From contig JAYRWY010000016.1 of NCBI GenBank assembly GCA_041917755.1, positions 37,932 to 101,931 on the forward strand: a DNA stretch of 64,000 nucleotides. Direction: 5' to 3'. A model generated the notes under the pieces. That model was not told where the DNA came from, ran no database searches, and worked only from the letters and a program-made list of their open reading frames with translations. The stretch comes from Alphaproteobacteria bacterium. Lineage in GTDB: Bacteria; Pseudomonadota; Alphaproteobacteria; UBA9219; RGZA01. Positions within the stretch are counted from its first letter, which is position 1. Every line of letters starts with the position of its first letter. The translations under genes and the position numbers were made by a program. Shown here in pieces: positions 20,073-29,601 of the stretch.

Positions 20073-20735
20073 ATGAACATTCTGGCAATTGATACTGGTG
20101 GGGATTGCTGTGCGCTTGCCTTGCGCATCAATGGCAAGTCTGTGTCAGAAAAAATTGTTGTCACGGGACGTGATCAGGCAAAAATTCTGGCACCGCTTAC
20201 GCAGGAATTGCTATCGGATCATCGTCTAAAGGTCACCGATATCGACCGTTTTGGTATCGCCACTGGCCCCGGCAGCTTTACCGGTCTGCGCGTTGGCTTG
20301 TCATTTGTGCGCGGCCTTGCCCTTGCATCGGGCAAAAAAGCCATTGGAATTGACCATTTTATGGTGACCTCACGCGCAATTAAGCACCCCAATCCCGTCC
20401 TTATCATCCGCGAGTCAAAACGCGCTGATTTATTCTGCGCATGGCTCAATCCGGATGGAACGCTGGGCGATTATTTCCTAAAGCCCGCTCAATCATTGAT
20501 GGGTGAGCTACCAAACGACAAACCATTTGCGATTACTGGCAATGGCGCTGCACAACTCGTCGCGCTTGATAACGTACTGCAAACCAAGCTGATTGATGTC
20601 AGCGATGCTGACTTTATCAAAACACTCGCTGCTTGCGTCGAAGCAGCAAGTGAAACGAACTCTGCCCCGCCCCAACCGCTCTATTTACGTGAAGCCGATG
20701 TCAGCTCTCCAAAATCCATCGCCCAATTTTCGTAA
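20073..20735 (+). CDS. tsaB: tRNA threonylcarbamoyladenosine biosynthesis protein TsaB (YeaZ)
   Basis: MNILAIDTGGDCCALAL ... GIATGPGSFTGLRVGLSFVRGLALA. 220 aa from ATG at 20073. Confidence 0.85.
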   Translation: MNILAIDTGGDCCALALRINGKSVSEKIVVTGRDQAKILAPLTQELLSDHRLKVTDIDRFGIATGPGSFTGLRVGLSFVRGLALASGKKAIGIDHFMVTSRAIKHPNPVLIIRESKRADLFCAWLNPDGTLGDYFLKPAQSLMGELPNDKPFAITGNGAAQLVALDNVLQTKLIDVSDADFIKTLAACVEAASETNSAPPQPLYLREADVSSPKSIAQFS

Positions 20736-21210
20736 TTTAAATCTGGCGGATGCCGAATGGATGGCAGCCCTGCATGCCACCTGTTTTGCTCAAGACCAAC
20801 GCTGGAATGCCCAATCCATCAGCGGTTTATTGCTGCAACCTACCACCAGGGCTATCGGCCTCTTTGTTGCAGACAACCCCGGTGGCTTCATCATTAACAG
20901 CCTGGTTGCAGGCGAAAGTGAAATTTTGACCCTGGCGGTTCATCCTGATGCACGGCGCCAAGGTTTTGCCAAACAACTGATTCAATCATTCATTGCTGCA
21001 TACAGTGCGGAGCATCTTGAAAAAATATTTCTGGAGGTTATGGAAAATAATATTCCTGCCATCCACCTCTACCAATCACTTGGCTTCACCATCATTTCAA
21101 AGCGCGTGAATTATTATACCACCACTATTGATGGCCACAAAAAAACCATCGATGGAATTGTGATGGCGAAACAATTAATCTCCACGCAAGACATTCATAA
21201 ATCGACTTAA
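20698..21210 (+). CDS. rimI: Ribosomal-protein-alanine N-acetyltransferase (GNAT)
   Basis: GNAT motifs (LAVHPDARRQGFAKQLIQ). It overlaps the end of tsaB as in the conserved tsaB-rimI pair. The start is uncertain (20593-20698). Confidence 0.75.
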   Translation: MSALQNPSPNFRNLNLADAEWMAALHATCFAQDQRWNAQSISGLLLQPTTRAIGLFVADNPGGFIINSLVAGESEILTLAVHPDARRQGFAKQLIQSFIAAYSAEHLEKIFLEVMENNIPAIHLYQSLGFTIISKRVNYYTTTIDGHKKTIDGIVMAKQLISTQDIHKST

Positions 21211-21217
21211 TTTTTTT

Positions 21218-21237
21218 AAGATTGCATTTGCAATCTT
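21218..21237. promoter_or_regulatory. Perfect 9+2+9 inverted repeat AAGATTGCA-TT-TGCAATCTT in the mucR upstream region. Candidate operator.
   Basis: Read directly from the sequence. It follows a T7 run and lies 65 bp upstream of the mucR ATG. Confidence 0.4.
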
Positions 21238-21301
21238 CCGCGCCTATTACTTTGCCATCAGCGCAGCATGTTGCATCGCACGATGACTAGAAAATTCTTA
21301 T

Positions 21302-21718
21302 ATGATTAATCAAAAACCTGATTTAGCCCGCCTTGTTGCGGATGTTGTGGCTTCTTATGTTTCCAACAACAAAGTGGAGATGAGCGAATTGCCCAATCTC
21401 GTACAGCAGGTCTATCATAGCTTCCTGCGTCTTGATGGTGTAACCAGTGGCACTATTAATTCAGTGGATCGCCCTGAACCTGCCGTGCCCATCAAAAAAT
21501 CAGTTACACCGGAATACATTATTTGCTTGGAAGATGGCAAAAAGCTGAAAATGCTCAAACGTCACTTACAAACATCTTATAATATGACCCCGGACCAATA
21601 TCGGGAACGCTGGAATCTGCCATCCGATTATCCGATGGTTGCGCCAAGCTATGCCAAAGAACGCAGCAAACTTGCCAAAGATATCGGCCTTGGCACAAAA
21701 GGTAAGTCCAACGCATAG
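21302..21718 (+). CDS. mucR: MucR/Ros-family transcriptional regulator, predicted zinc-independent variant
   Basis: Strong similarity to Ros (LVADVVASYVSNN..., ...MTPDQYRERWNLPSDYPMVAPSYAKERSKLAKDIGLG). In the CLEDG...KRHLQTSY segment the second Cys is Asp and the second His is Tyr. Confidence 0.85.
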   Translation: MINQKPDLARLVADVVASYVSNNKVEMSELPNLVQQVYHSFLRLDGVTSGTINSVDRPEPAVPIKKSVTPEYIICLEDGKKLKMLKRHLQTSYNMTPDQYRERWNLPSDYPMVAPSYAKERSKLAKDIGLGTKGKSNA

Positions 21719-21812
21719 TAATTATGTTGGAAATGTGCCGTTTTCATCATGCGGATACAGCTTTTTTATTTAAAAAACTTCACCTATGATGCTCGCAGAA
21801 TAGGAAACCCGA

Positions 21813-22649
21813 ATGAACTCTGATGAACAATCCGTATTAGGCCCGCATGGGCTTCGCCTTGGCCGTCTTGAAGTGCGCATCGCCCAAGACAGCAAAGAAG
21901 TACATGCTGCGCAGCAACTGCGCTACAAAGTGTTCTATGACGAAATGGGTGCCAAGGCGACGCCTGAAATGGCAGCTGGCAAAACCGATTTCGATAGTCT
22001 TGATAAATTCTGCGACCATCTGATTGTGATTGACCACAATACAGGTGAATTACCACCTACCGTGATTGGTACCTACCGCCTCGTTCGCCGCGATGCTGCC
22101 AAACGTCATGGCGGCTTCTATTCCAGCAGCGAATATGACATCTCGCGCCTTGTCGCCTATCCCGGCGAAATTCTTGAGGTTGGCCGCTCCTGCGTTGCTC
22201 TTGATTTCCGCAATCGTCCAACCATGCAACTTCTTTGGCGCGGCATTGCCGATTATATTGCCGCCTATGGTATAGATATTTTATTCGGCTGCGCCAGCTT
22301 GCCGGGAACAGACCCGAAGGCATTAGCCGTGCCTCTAACTTATCTTTATTACTATCATCTTGCGGCGCCTTATTTGCGCACAACTGCGCTTCCTCATCGC
22401 TATGTCGATATGCGCCTGATGGACCCCAGCGACGTCGACCCCGAAAAGGGCCTTTCGCAAATGCCACCGCTTAATCTTTTACCCCCGCTACTCAAGGGTT
22501 ATTTGCGTCTGGGCGGCTTTGTGGGCGATGGCGCGGTGGTGGATGAACAATTTAACACCACCGATGTGTGCGTTATTGTTAAAACCGATTTGATTGCGCA
22601 AAAATACTCGCGCCATTACGAACTCAAAAATCGCGACCCGATTATTTAA
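21813..22649 (+). CDS. olsB: Ornithine lipid N-acyltransferase OlsB
   Basis: OlsB blocks FDSLDKFCDHLIVID, GTYRLVRRD, EVGRSCVALDFRN, MPPLNLLPPLLKGYLRLGGFVGDGAV. Translationally coupled (TAATG) to olsA. Confidence 0.88.
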   Translation: MNSDEQSVLGPHGLRLGRLEVRIAQDSKEVHAAQQLRYKVFYDEMGAKATPEMAAGKTDFDSLDKFCDHLIVIDHNTGELPPTVIGTYRLVRRDAAKRHGGFYSSSEYDISRLVAYPGEILEVGRSCVALDFRNRPTMQLLWRGIADYIAAYGIDILFGCASLPGTDPKALAVPLTYLYYYHLAAPYLRTTALPHRYVDMRLMDPSDVDPEKGLSQMPPLNLLPPLLKGYLRLGGFVGDGAVVDEQFNTTDVCVIVKTDLIAQKYSRHYELKNRDPII

Positions 22650-23455
22650 TGTTTATCTTATTACCACTTCTGGCTGCTTTTCGTGTTGTTGCGTTCTTAA
22701 CATGGGTCGCTTTATGCGTTCCCATTCAAGTCACCGTAAAGTTTTTCAAACTACGCATCCAGAATATCTTGCCGGTTTATTTCCACAAATTCCTTACTCA
22801 CTACATTTTAGGAATGCGCATAGAAACCCGCGGCAACATTTCAAACACGATCCCGACTTTGTTTTTATGCAACCATATGTCCTATCTCGATACCATCAGT
22901 ATCGCGAGCGTCATCCCCACCAACTTTGTCGCAAAAGCCGAAGTTGCCGATTGGCCATTATTTGGTTATCTCACCCGTTTGCAAGGCACCTTGTTTATCG
23001 ATCGCCGCAATAAAAAAGGCGCCGCCGAGCAAGGCGCCGCGATGATTAGCGTAATGCGCGAGCAAAAGAATATTGTACTCTTCCCGGAAGGCACCTCCAC
23101 CAATGGCTCGGAAGTAAAGTTTTTCAAAAGCGGTTTGTTACAATCTGTTTTGAATATGAATGATGTGGATGTGGTGATCCAACCGGTATCCATTGCCTGC
23201 TATGGTAAAAACGGCATTCAAAATCGCTATGCCTGGTATGGCGACATGACCTTGATGCCGCATTTATGGAAGGTTTTTGAAACCAGCGGCCTGCGCGTAG
23301 TGTTTACATTCCATGAACCGTTTAAAGCCAGCCGCTTTGCAGACCGTAAAGAATTGGGCGAATATGCCCGCAGGCAAGTGGAAAATGGCCCTTATGGCAT
23401 ATTTGATGATAAGGGCATGAAAACGACCCTTCCACTAAATGGTTCGCTCGGCTAA
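22649..23455 (+). CDS. olsA: Lyso-ornithine lipid O-acyltransferase OlsA (PlsC family)
   Basis: N-terminal membrane anchor, the acyltransferase H(x)4D motif CNHMSYLD, and the FPEGTSTNG block. Confidence 0.85.
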   Translation: MFILLPLLAAFRVVAFLTWVALCVPIQVTVKFFKLRIQNILPVYFHKFLTHYILGMRIETRGNISNTIPTLFLCNHMSYLDTISIASVIPTNFVAKAEVADWPLFGYLTRLQGTLFIDRRNKKGAAEQGAAMISVMREQKNIVLFPEGTSTNGSEVKFFKSGLLQSVLNMNDVDVVIQPVSIACYGKNGIQNRYAWYGDMTLMPHLWKVFETSGLRVVFTFHEPFKASRFADRKELGEYARRQVENGPYGIFDDKGMKTTLPLNGSLG

Positions 23456-23464
23456 ACCATTTCC

Positions 23465-24823
23465 ATGACTGCAACGCCATCGCCTCAAATTAAAAAAGAC
23501 AAAAAGCTCCACATCATGACGTGGGGCTGCCAAATGAATGTCTATGACAGCGCCAAAATGGCCGACCTATTGGCGCCGCTTGGCTTTGGCCTGAGCGATG
23601 ATGCCGAAGGTGCAGATCTGGTGATTTTGAATACCTGCCATATCCGTGAAAAGGCTTCAGAAAAGATTTTCTCCGAACTTGGCCGCCTGCATAAACAACA
23701 ACGCCTTGAAAGCGAAGCCAACCGCCCGAAGATGATTGGCGTTGCAGGTTGCGTCGCGCAGGCCGAAGGCGAACAAATCCTCGCCCGCGCGCCATACGTC
23801 GATATGGTGTTTGGCCCGCAAACCTATCACCGTTTGCCGGAAATGGTGGCCAAGGCCCTGCGCGGTAAAGGCGGCGTAATTGATACCGACTTTCCTGCTG
23901 AATCAAAATTTGATCATCTTCCAGACGAAACCACCGGCCAAGGGCCATCTGCATTCTTATCTGTTCAGGAAGGCTGCGATAAATTCTGCACCTTCTGCGT
24001 TGTCCCTTATACACGCGGTGCGGAATACTCACGCCCCGTCTCTGCCATTTTAACCGAAGCCCAACGCCTGATCGACAGCGGCGCAAAAGAAATCTCCCTG
24101 CTTGGTCAAAACGTCAACGCCTATCACGGCATCGGCGAAAATGGAGAACCATGGGGTCTTGGCCAATTAATCGAAGCCGTTGCCAAGCTAAATGTCGATC
24201 GCATTCGCTATACCACCTCGCACCCAAAAGATATGGATGATGGCCTTATCGCTGCACACCGTGATGTTAAAAAACTGATGCCTTTTATGCATCTTCCGGT
24301 GCAAAGCGGTAGCAACATCATGCTGGAAGCAATGAACCGCAAACACACGCGTGATGATTATTTGCGTATTATAGAAAAGACACGCGCTGCCAATCCCCAC
24401 ATCGCCTTTTCATCAGACTTCATCGTCGGCTTCCCCAATGAAAGCGATAAGGATTTTGAAGATACTCTCAACCTCATTCGCGAAGTAAATTTTGCGCAGG
24501 CCTATTCATTCAAGTATAGCGAACGCCCCGGTACACCCGCCGCGACCATGGCTGGCAAAATCCCTGAAGACGTAAAAACTGCGCGCCTTGCCGCATTACA
24601 GGAAGTGTTGTTTGCCCAGCAACGTGCTTTTAATGAAGGCTTTATCGGTAAAACCATCCCTGTCCTGTTCGACCGTCATGGGAAGCTTGATGGCCAATTA
24701 CTGGGCCGCACGCCGCATATGCAATCCCTTTATGTCCAAGATGGTAAAGGCATGTTTGGCCAAATAGCCAATGTCCGCATCGATAAAGTCACCACCAACA
24801 GCCTCGAAGGGGTTATTGTGTAA
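23465..24823 (+). CDS. miaB: tRNA-i6A37 methylthiotransferase MiaB
   Basis: MTWGCQMNVYDS N-terminus, radical-SAM CxxxCxxC (CDKFCTFC) and a TRAM domain. Confidence 0.93.
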   Translation: MTATPSPQIKKDKKLHIMTWGCQMNVYDSAKMADLLAPLGFGLSDDAEGADLVILNTCHIREKASEKIFSELGRLHKQQRLESEANRPKMIGVAGCVAQAEGEQILARAPYVDMVFGPQTYHRLPEMVAKALRGKGGVIDTDFPAESKFDHLPDETTGQGPSAFLSVQEGCDKFCTFCVVPYTRGAEYSRPVSAILTEAQRLIDSGAKEISLLGQNVNAYHGIGENGEPWGLGQLIEAVAKLNVDRIRYTTSHPKDMDDGLIAAHRDVKKLMPFMHLPVQSGSNIMLEAMNRKHTRDDYLRIIEKTRAANPHIAFSSDFIVGFPNESDKDFEDTLNLIREVNFAQAYSFKYSERPGTPAATMAGKIPEDVKTARLAALQEVLFAQQRAFNEGFIGKTIPVLFDRHGKLDGQLLGRTPHMQSLYVQDGKGMFGQIANVRIDKVTTNSLEGVIV

Positions 24824-25308
24824 TGCTACGCCTCACATTAAATGCCAAGGCCACAGATAAAAAATTACTCTCTCCAGCTATTTTAAAAAAAATCTGCACA
24901 CACATTGCAAAGCATGCAGGGCTGGAAAAGCAATCCTTCGAAGCATCACTGGCCTTCGTCACGCCAAAAGCCATCCAGACCTTGAACCATGATTTTCGTG
25001 GAAAAAACAAACCCACCAATGTGCTGTCATTTCCACAATTCACTCCTGCTGAATTAAAAAAACTAAAGCCTGCAAAAACCGAAACGATTTATCTGGGCGA
25101 TATCATCTTGTGCAAAAAGGTTATCGTTTCTGAAACGTTAAAGCTAAAAAAGCCGCTAAATCATCATCTTATTCATCTAGTTGTGCACGGCACCCTGCAT
25201 CTGTTAGGATACGACCACATGAGAAATGCAGACGCCAAACGCATGGAAACGCTCGAAAAGCGCATTCTGGCTGGGCTCGGCATTAATGACCCTTATGTTA
25301 TAGAATAG
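24823..25308 (+). CDS. ybeY: rRNA maturation endoribonuclease YbeY
   Basis: HLVVHGTLHLLGYDH zinc-binding motif. Its start overlaps the miaB stop (TAATG). Confidence 0.9.
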   Translation: MLRLTLNAKATDKKLLSPAILKKICTHIAKHAGLEKQSFEASLAFVTPKAIQTLNHDFRGKNKPTNVLSFPQFTPAELKKLKPAKTETIYLGDIILCKKVIVSETLKLKKPLNHHLIHLVVHGTLHLLGYDHMRNADAKRMETLEKRILAGLGINDPYVIE

Positions 25309-25326
25309 GCCGAAGAAGAACATATT

Positions 25327-26289
25327 ATGATTGATGGTAACCCTGCTAATTCGTCGCCCTCTTCCACTACCCCTGCTGCAAACACCCCCACAGAAGCCGC
25401 ACCTGCGTCATGGTTAGGCACGGCGTTTGAAAGCATCCGCTCCTTCATATCCAAAAAACGTGAAGAAGTGGCAATCATCGAAGCTGTTGAAGAAATCATG
25501 GAAGAGCCCGATGGCCTTCCCGGCTCCAACACCGGTGAAAAAGAACTACTTACCAATTTGCTCAATGCGCGCGATCGCCGCATTTCCGATATTATGATTC
25601 CACGCGCCGATATTTTCGCCGCCGATGAAACCACCCCGCTAAAAAAACTAGCCGCCCTCATGGGTAAAAGCGGCCACAGCCGCGTTCCCATTTTCCGTAA
25701 AACGCTGGATGACGTCATCGGCTTTGTCCATATCAAAGATGTTACCGCAGGCCTGGTTGATGATAAGCCGGTTCTCATCCCTGATATTTTACGCAAACTG
25801 CTATTCGTGCCGCCGTCCATGCCCGTCACACGCCTCTTGTTGCAAATGCGTCAAAAACGCCAACACATGGCACTGGTCGTTGATGAATTCGGCGGAATTG
25901 ATGGTCTGGTGACCATTGAAGATGTGGTGGAAGAAATCGTTGGCGATATCGATGATGAACATGATGATCCAGCCAATGTTATCCAGCTACAACGCCGCCC
26001 TGATGGCAGCATCGTGGTCGATGCCCGCATGCCAATTGATGCCTTTGAAGAACAAGTTGGCAATATCCTCAGGGAAGATGAACGTCAGGCGATTGATACG
26101 CTAGGCGGCCTTGCCTTCACACTTGCTGGCCGCGTGCCACTAAAGGGCGAAATGCTTCGCCATGCCTCGGGCATTGCATTTGAGGTTCTGGAAGCCGATA
26201 CCCGCCGCATCAAACGTCTTCGTGTGCACAATCTTCCAAAAACCGACGCCCCCAATACGGATACCGCACCACTAAAGGCTAGCGTGTAG
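25327..26289 (+). CDS. corC: CorC/YbeX-family protein (tandem CBS domains plus CorC_HlyC domain)
   Basis: CBS pair ([10 protein letters not shown]... / ...[27 protein letters not shown]) and a C-terminal transporter-associated domain. The ybeY-ybeX-lnt order is as in E. coli. Confidence 0.85.
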   Translation: MIDGNPANSSPSSTTPAANTPTEAAPASWLGTAFESIRSFISKKREEVAIIEAVEEIMEEPDGLPGSNTGEKELLTNLLNARDRRISDIMIPRADIFAADETTPLKKLAALMGKSGHSRVPIFRKTLDDVIGFVHIKDVTAGLVDDKPVLIPDILRKLLFVPPSMPVTRLLLQMRQKRQHMALVVDEFGGIDGLVTIEDVVEEIVGDIDDEHDDPANVIQLQRRPDGSIVVDARMPIDAFEEQVGNILREDERQAIDTLGGLAFTLAGRVPLKGEMLRHASGIAFEVLEADTRRIKRLRVHNLPKTDAPNTDTAPLKASV

Positions 26290-26290
26290 C

Positions 26291-27772
26291 GTGCTGGGTC
26301 GGCTCACCCATTTATTCAAACTGCTGTTACAGCAATCGCAATCTCGCAAAGCCTTATTCAGTTTTGCGTGCGGCCTGCTCAGTGCCTTTGCACTTCCGCC
26401 ACTTTCCTGGCCGATATTATTTATTGTTGGATTTGGTGCCTTTGTTGGCGTGCTACGCTCTGCTGGCACAGCTAAACAATCATTCATCCTGTCATGGTGC
26501 TATGCGGTTGGCTTTCATCTGGCGGGGCTTTACTGGATATCCGCATCCTTGTTTGTTGATATTGCCCGTTACATCTGGGTGCTGCCGTTTTCACTACTTG
26601 CACTGCCTTCCTACCTTGCATTGATATTTGGCGCAGTATCGGCTGCGTTGCATGGCTTGCGCGGCAAACCTATTCTTCATGCCATCCTGCTCTCAGTCGG
26701 TTTATCACTTTGTGAAATCAATCGCGGCTGGCTAATGGGCGGCTTCCCATGGAATACCTACGGCTACATCTGGTCAGATACCTTGCCAGTCATTCAAATC
26801 GTAAGCGTGATTGGCATTTATGGCCTCACCCTACTTACCTTGCTTGCAGCAACGGCAACTAGCCTGCTCTTCATCGAACTGAAAAAATCCCACCTGATTT
26901 TTTTTGCATTCATCAGCATCCTGTTGTCGTGCATGGCCCTATGGGGTGAACACCGCCTTAGCACCACTGCCATTACCTATCACGACCAAGCACTGGTGCG
27001 TCTCGTACAACCTGCCATTGAACAATCAGAACGCCGCACCGCGCAACAACGCGTAGCCGCCTTGTCTAAAATTGTTAGCCTATCAACGGAGCGATCAGAA
27101 AAACCCATTACCCATCTCATCTGGCCAGAAACCGCATCGCCCTTTTTTCTAAATGAAAATGCAGAAGCCCGCGATGCACTTAAACGGATCATTCCAAAAG
27201 GAGGCGCATTGCTCACTGGCGCCCCCTCGCGCACATTTGAAAACGATGAACGGAAATTTTACAATTCACTCATCGTGATGAATGATAAAGGCAGCGTGAT
27301 AGGCAGTTATGACAAATCACATCTGGTTCCTTTTGGTGAATTTGTTCCCCTGCGCTCTATCCTGCAAACCGTGCCCGTCGCCGTTGATGTGATTGGCACA
27401 GCCGATTTCACACCTGGCAGCGGGGCAAAAACATTACGCGCTCCCGGCATGCCATCGTTCAGTACCATGATTTGTTATGAAGCCATTTTTACAGGCCAGA
27501 TTGTGGATGAAACCGATAGACCCGAATTATTATTGCAAATTACCAATGATGCTTGGTTTGGAAACACCTCGGGCCCCTATCAACATCTGGCCATGGCACG
27601 TGTACGCGCCATTGAAGAAGGCATCCCGCTCATTCGCGTTGCCAATTCTGGCGTTAGTGCAGTTGTCGATCCACTTGGCCGTATCCTGCAATCCCTTGAT
27701 CTCAATCAACGCGGCATCATCGATACCGCAATACCAAACGCATTACCTGCCCCGTTCTTTACTCGCTGGTAG
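26291..27772 (+). CDS. lnt: Apolipoprotein N-acyltransferase
   Basis: Multi-TM N-terminal half and a C-terminal CN-hydrolase domain (Glu...Lys...Cys triad context, MICYEAIF). GTG start abutting the corC stop. Confidence 0.85.
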   Translation: MLGRLTHLFKLLLQQSQSRKALFSFACGLLSAFALPPLSWPILFIVGFGAFVGVLRSAGTAKQSFILSWCYAVGFHLAGLYWISASLFVDIARYIWVLPFSLLALPSYLALIFGAVSAALHGLRGKPILHAILLSVGLSLCEINRGWLMGGFPWNTYGYIWSDTLPVIQIVSVIGIYGLTLLTLLAATATSLLFIELKKSHLIFFAFISILLSCMALWGEHRLSTTAITYHDQALVRLVQPAIEQSERRTAQQRVAALSKIVSLSTERSEKPITHLIWPETASPFFLNENAEARDALKRIIPKGGALLTGAPSRTFENDERKFYNSLIVMNDKGSVIGSYDKSHLVPFGEFVPLRSILQTVPVAVDVIGTADFTPGSGAKTLRAPGMPSFSTMICYEAIFTGQIVDETDRPELLLQITNDAWFGNTSGPYQHLAMARVRAIEEGIPLIRVANSGVSAVVDPLGRILQSLDLNQRGIIDTAIPNALPAPFFTRW

Positions 27773-27775
27773 CCT

Positions 27776-27827
27776 TTGCATGGAATGTAATTTATAGCTT
27801 GCATAATCGTTGCATTTGCGGTTGCAT
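27776..27827. promoter_or_regulatory. Four direct TTGCAT repeats phased at 23, 11 and 12 bp upstream of the HTH gene. Candidate operator or promoter elements.
   Basis: TTGCAT at 27776, 27799, 27810 and 27822, plus a TTTGCG variant at 27815. Confidence 0.4.
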
Positions 27828-27898
27828 ACCTTTATATGATTAGATGTCCAGTCAATTTGGATTCAAAAAATTATATACTTTTGAAATAACAGGTTTTT

Positions 27899-28339
27899 AT
27901 GTCCGTTAGCCTAAAACAAGACGCACAATCGGATATTCACCCGCTCGATATTCACGTGGGCAATCGCTTGCGAATGCGCCGCCTGCGCCTAAACCTCACA
28001 CAGGAAAAGCTGGCCAATCTGGTCGGCCTTACATTCCAACAGGTTCAAAAGTACGAACACGGCTCCAACCGCATCAGCGCCAGTCGCCTTTATGAAATTG
28101 CTACCGCATTAAAAGTACCCGTCTCCTATTTCTACGAGGACCTTCCAGCAGACACGCCAACCTTCGAAGGCATGGCAGAATCAGGCCAAGATCCTATCCA
28201 TATGGATAATGAATTAAGCGGCATCGACATGGGCAACCGCGAAACCACTGATTTGCTGCGCGCCTATTACCGCGTGGAAGACCCCAAAAAGCGTAAGAAA
28301 ATCCTCGATCTTATCCGCGTGATGACCGACGAAGCCTAA
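27899..28339 (+). CDS. XRE-family helix-turn-helix transcriptional regulator
   Basis: HTH_3 domain (LRMRRLRLNLTQEKLANLVGLTFQQVQKYEHGSNRISASRLYEIATALKVPVSYFYE). It lies between lnt and metK. Confidence 0.8.
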   Translation: MSVSLKQDAQSDIHPLDIHVGNRLRMRRLRLNLTQEKLANLVGLTFQQVQKYEHGSNRISASRLYEIATALKVPVSYFYEDLPADTPTFEGMAESGQDPIHMDNELSGIDMGNRETTDLLRAYYRVEDPKKRKKILDLIRVMTDEA

Positions 28340-28434
28340 TAAGCAGGCGCATAATCTCTACTTGCGCTTTTAGCTGGGTTTTCTAATATCCACGCTTCAT
28401 TTCGTTTCCCCTCCTCAGACACTGAGTTTTTTTC

Positions 28435-29601
28435 ATGAAAAATTACCTCTTCACCAGTGAATCCGTTTCCGAAGGTCACCCCGATAAAGTTTGCGACCGT
28501 ATCTCCGATACCATCGTGGATTTGTTGCTCAAAGAAGACCCCTATGCTCGCATCGCGGTAGAAACCCTTGCCACCACCAACCACGTCACCCTTGCTGGTG
28601 AAGTTCGCGGCCCCGACAGCGTAACCCCGCTTGAAATGCAAACCGCAGCACGCGAAGCCATTCGTGATATCGGCTACGCCCAAAAAGGGTTCCACTGGCA
28701 ATGGGTGAATATCGATGTGCTCGTTCACGCACAATCCGAAGACATCGCCGTTGGCGTTGATGCAAAAGATAACAAAGATGAAGGCGCAGGCGACCAAGGC
28801 ATCATGTTCGGTTATGCTTGCAACGAAACCCCTGAATTAATGCCTGCACCGATTATGTACGCACACAATATTCTGCGTACCTTATCCGATGCGCGTCATT
28901 CCGGAAAATTGCCAGCACTTGGCCCGGATGCGAAAAGCCAGGTCACATTGGAATATGTTGATGGCAAGCCTGTTCGCGCCCACTCCATCGTTGTGTCACA
29001 CCAACACAATGAAAAGGTAGATACCGACGCCGTTCGCGCCATGATCCGCCCCTATGTAGAAAAAGTATTGCCAGAGGGCTGGATGTGCGAAGACAAGAAC
29101 TTCTACGTCAACCCAACCGGTCGCTTTGTCATTGGCGGGCCAGATGGTGATACCGGTTTAACTGGCCGTAAGATTATCGTCGACACCTATGGTGGCGCGG
29201 CACCTCACGGCGGCGGTGCGTTCTCGGGTAAAGATCCAACCAAGGTGGATCGCTCAGCTGCTTATGCTGCACGTTATCTTGCCAAGAACGTGGTCGCTTC
29301 TGGCCTTGCTGACAAGTGCACCATCCAAATCGCATACGCAATTGGCGTGTCACATCCAATTGCTGTGTACATCAATACCCATGGCACCGGTAAGGCTGAT
29401 GAAGAAAAGATTTCCAAAGCATTGCAGGAAATCGTTCCACTCACCCCTCGCCGTATCCGCGAATACCTCAACCTCAACCGTCCGATTTATGCAAAGACGG
29501 CGGCTTATGGTCACTTTGGCCGTACACCAGGTGAAGATGGTTCATTCAGCTGGGAAAAAACCGACATTGCTGGCGAACTGAAGCGCGCCTTCAAGCTCTA
29601 A
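28435..29601 (+). CDS. metK: S-adenosylmethionine synthetase
   Basis: [49 protein letters not shown]. 388 aa. Confidence 0.96.
   Translation: MKNYLFTSESVSEGHPDKVCDRISDTIVDLLLKEDPYARIAVETLATTNHVTLAGEVRGPDSVTPLEMQTAAREAIRDIGYAQKGFHWQWVNIDVLVHAQSEDIAVGVDAKDNKDEGAGDQGIMFGYACNETPELMPAPIMYAHNILRTLSDARHSGKLPALGPDAKSQVTLEYVDGKPVRAHSIVVSHQHNEKVDTDAVRAMIRPYVEKVLPEGWMCEDKNFYVNPTGRFVIGGPDGDTGLTGRKIIVDTYGGAAPHGGGAFSGKDPTKVDRSAAYAARYLAKNVVASGLADKCTIQIAYAIGVSHPIAVYINTHGTGKADEEKISKALQEIVPLTPRRIREYLNLNRPIYAKTAAYGHFGRTPGEDGSFSWEKTDIAGELKRAFKL

Noticed and set aside
28340-28434. Looked for a SAM-II (or SAM-V) riboswitch in the metK 5' leader, as is common in alphaproteobacteria
   Set aside because: A GCGCA...UGCGC hairpin followed by UUUUAGCU is present, but I could not convincingly place the conserved SAM-II pseudoknot elements by eye. 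A covariance-model search (Infernal with RF00521 and RF01826) is needed. I am not reporting it as a feature.
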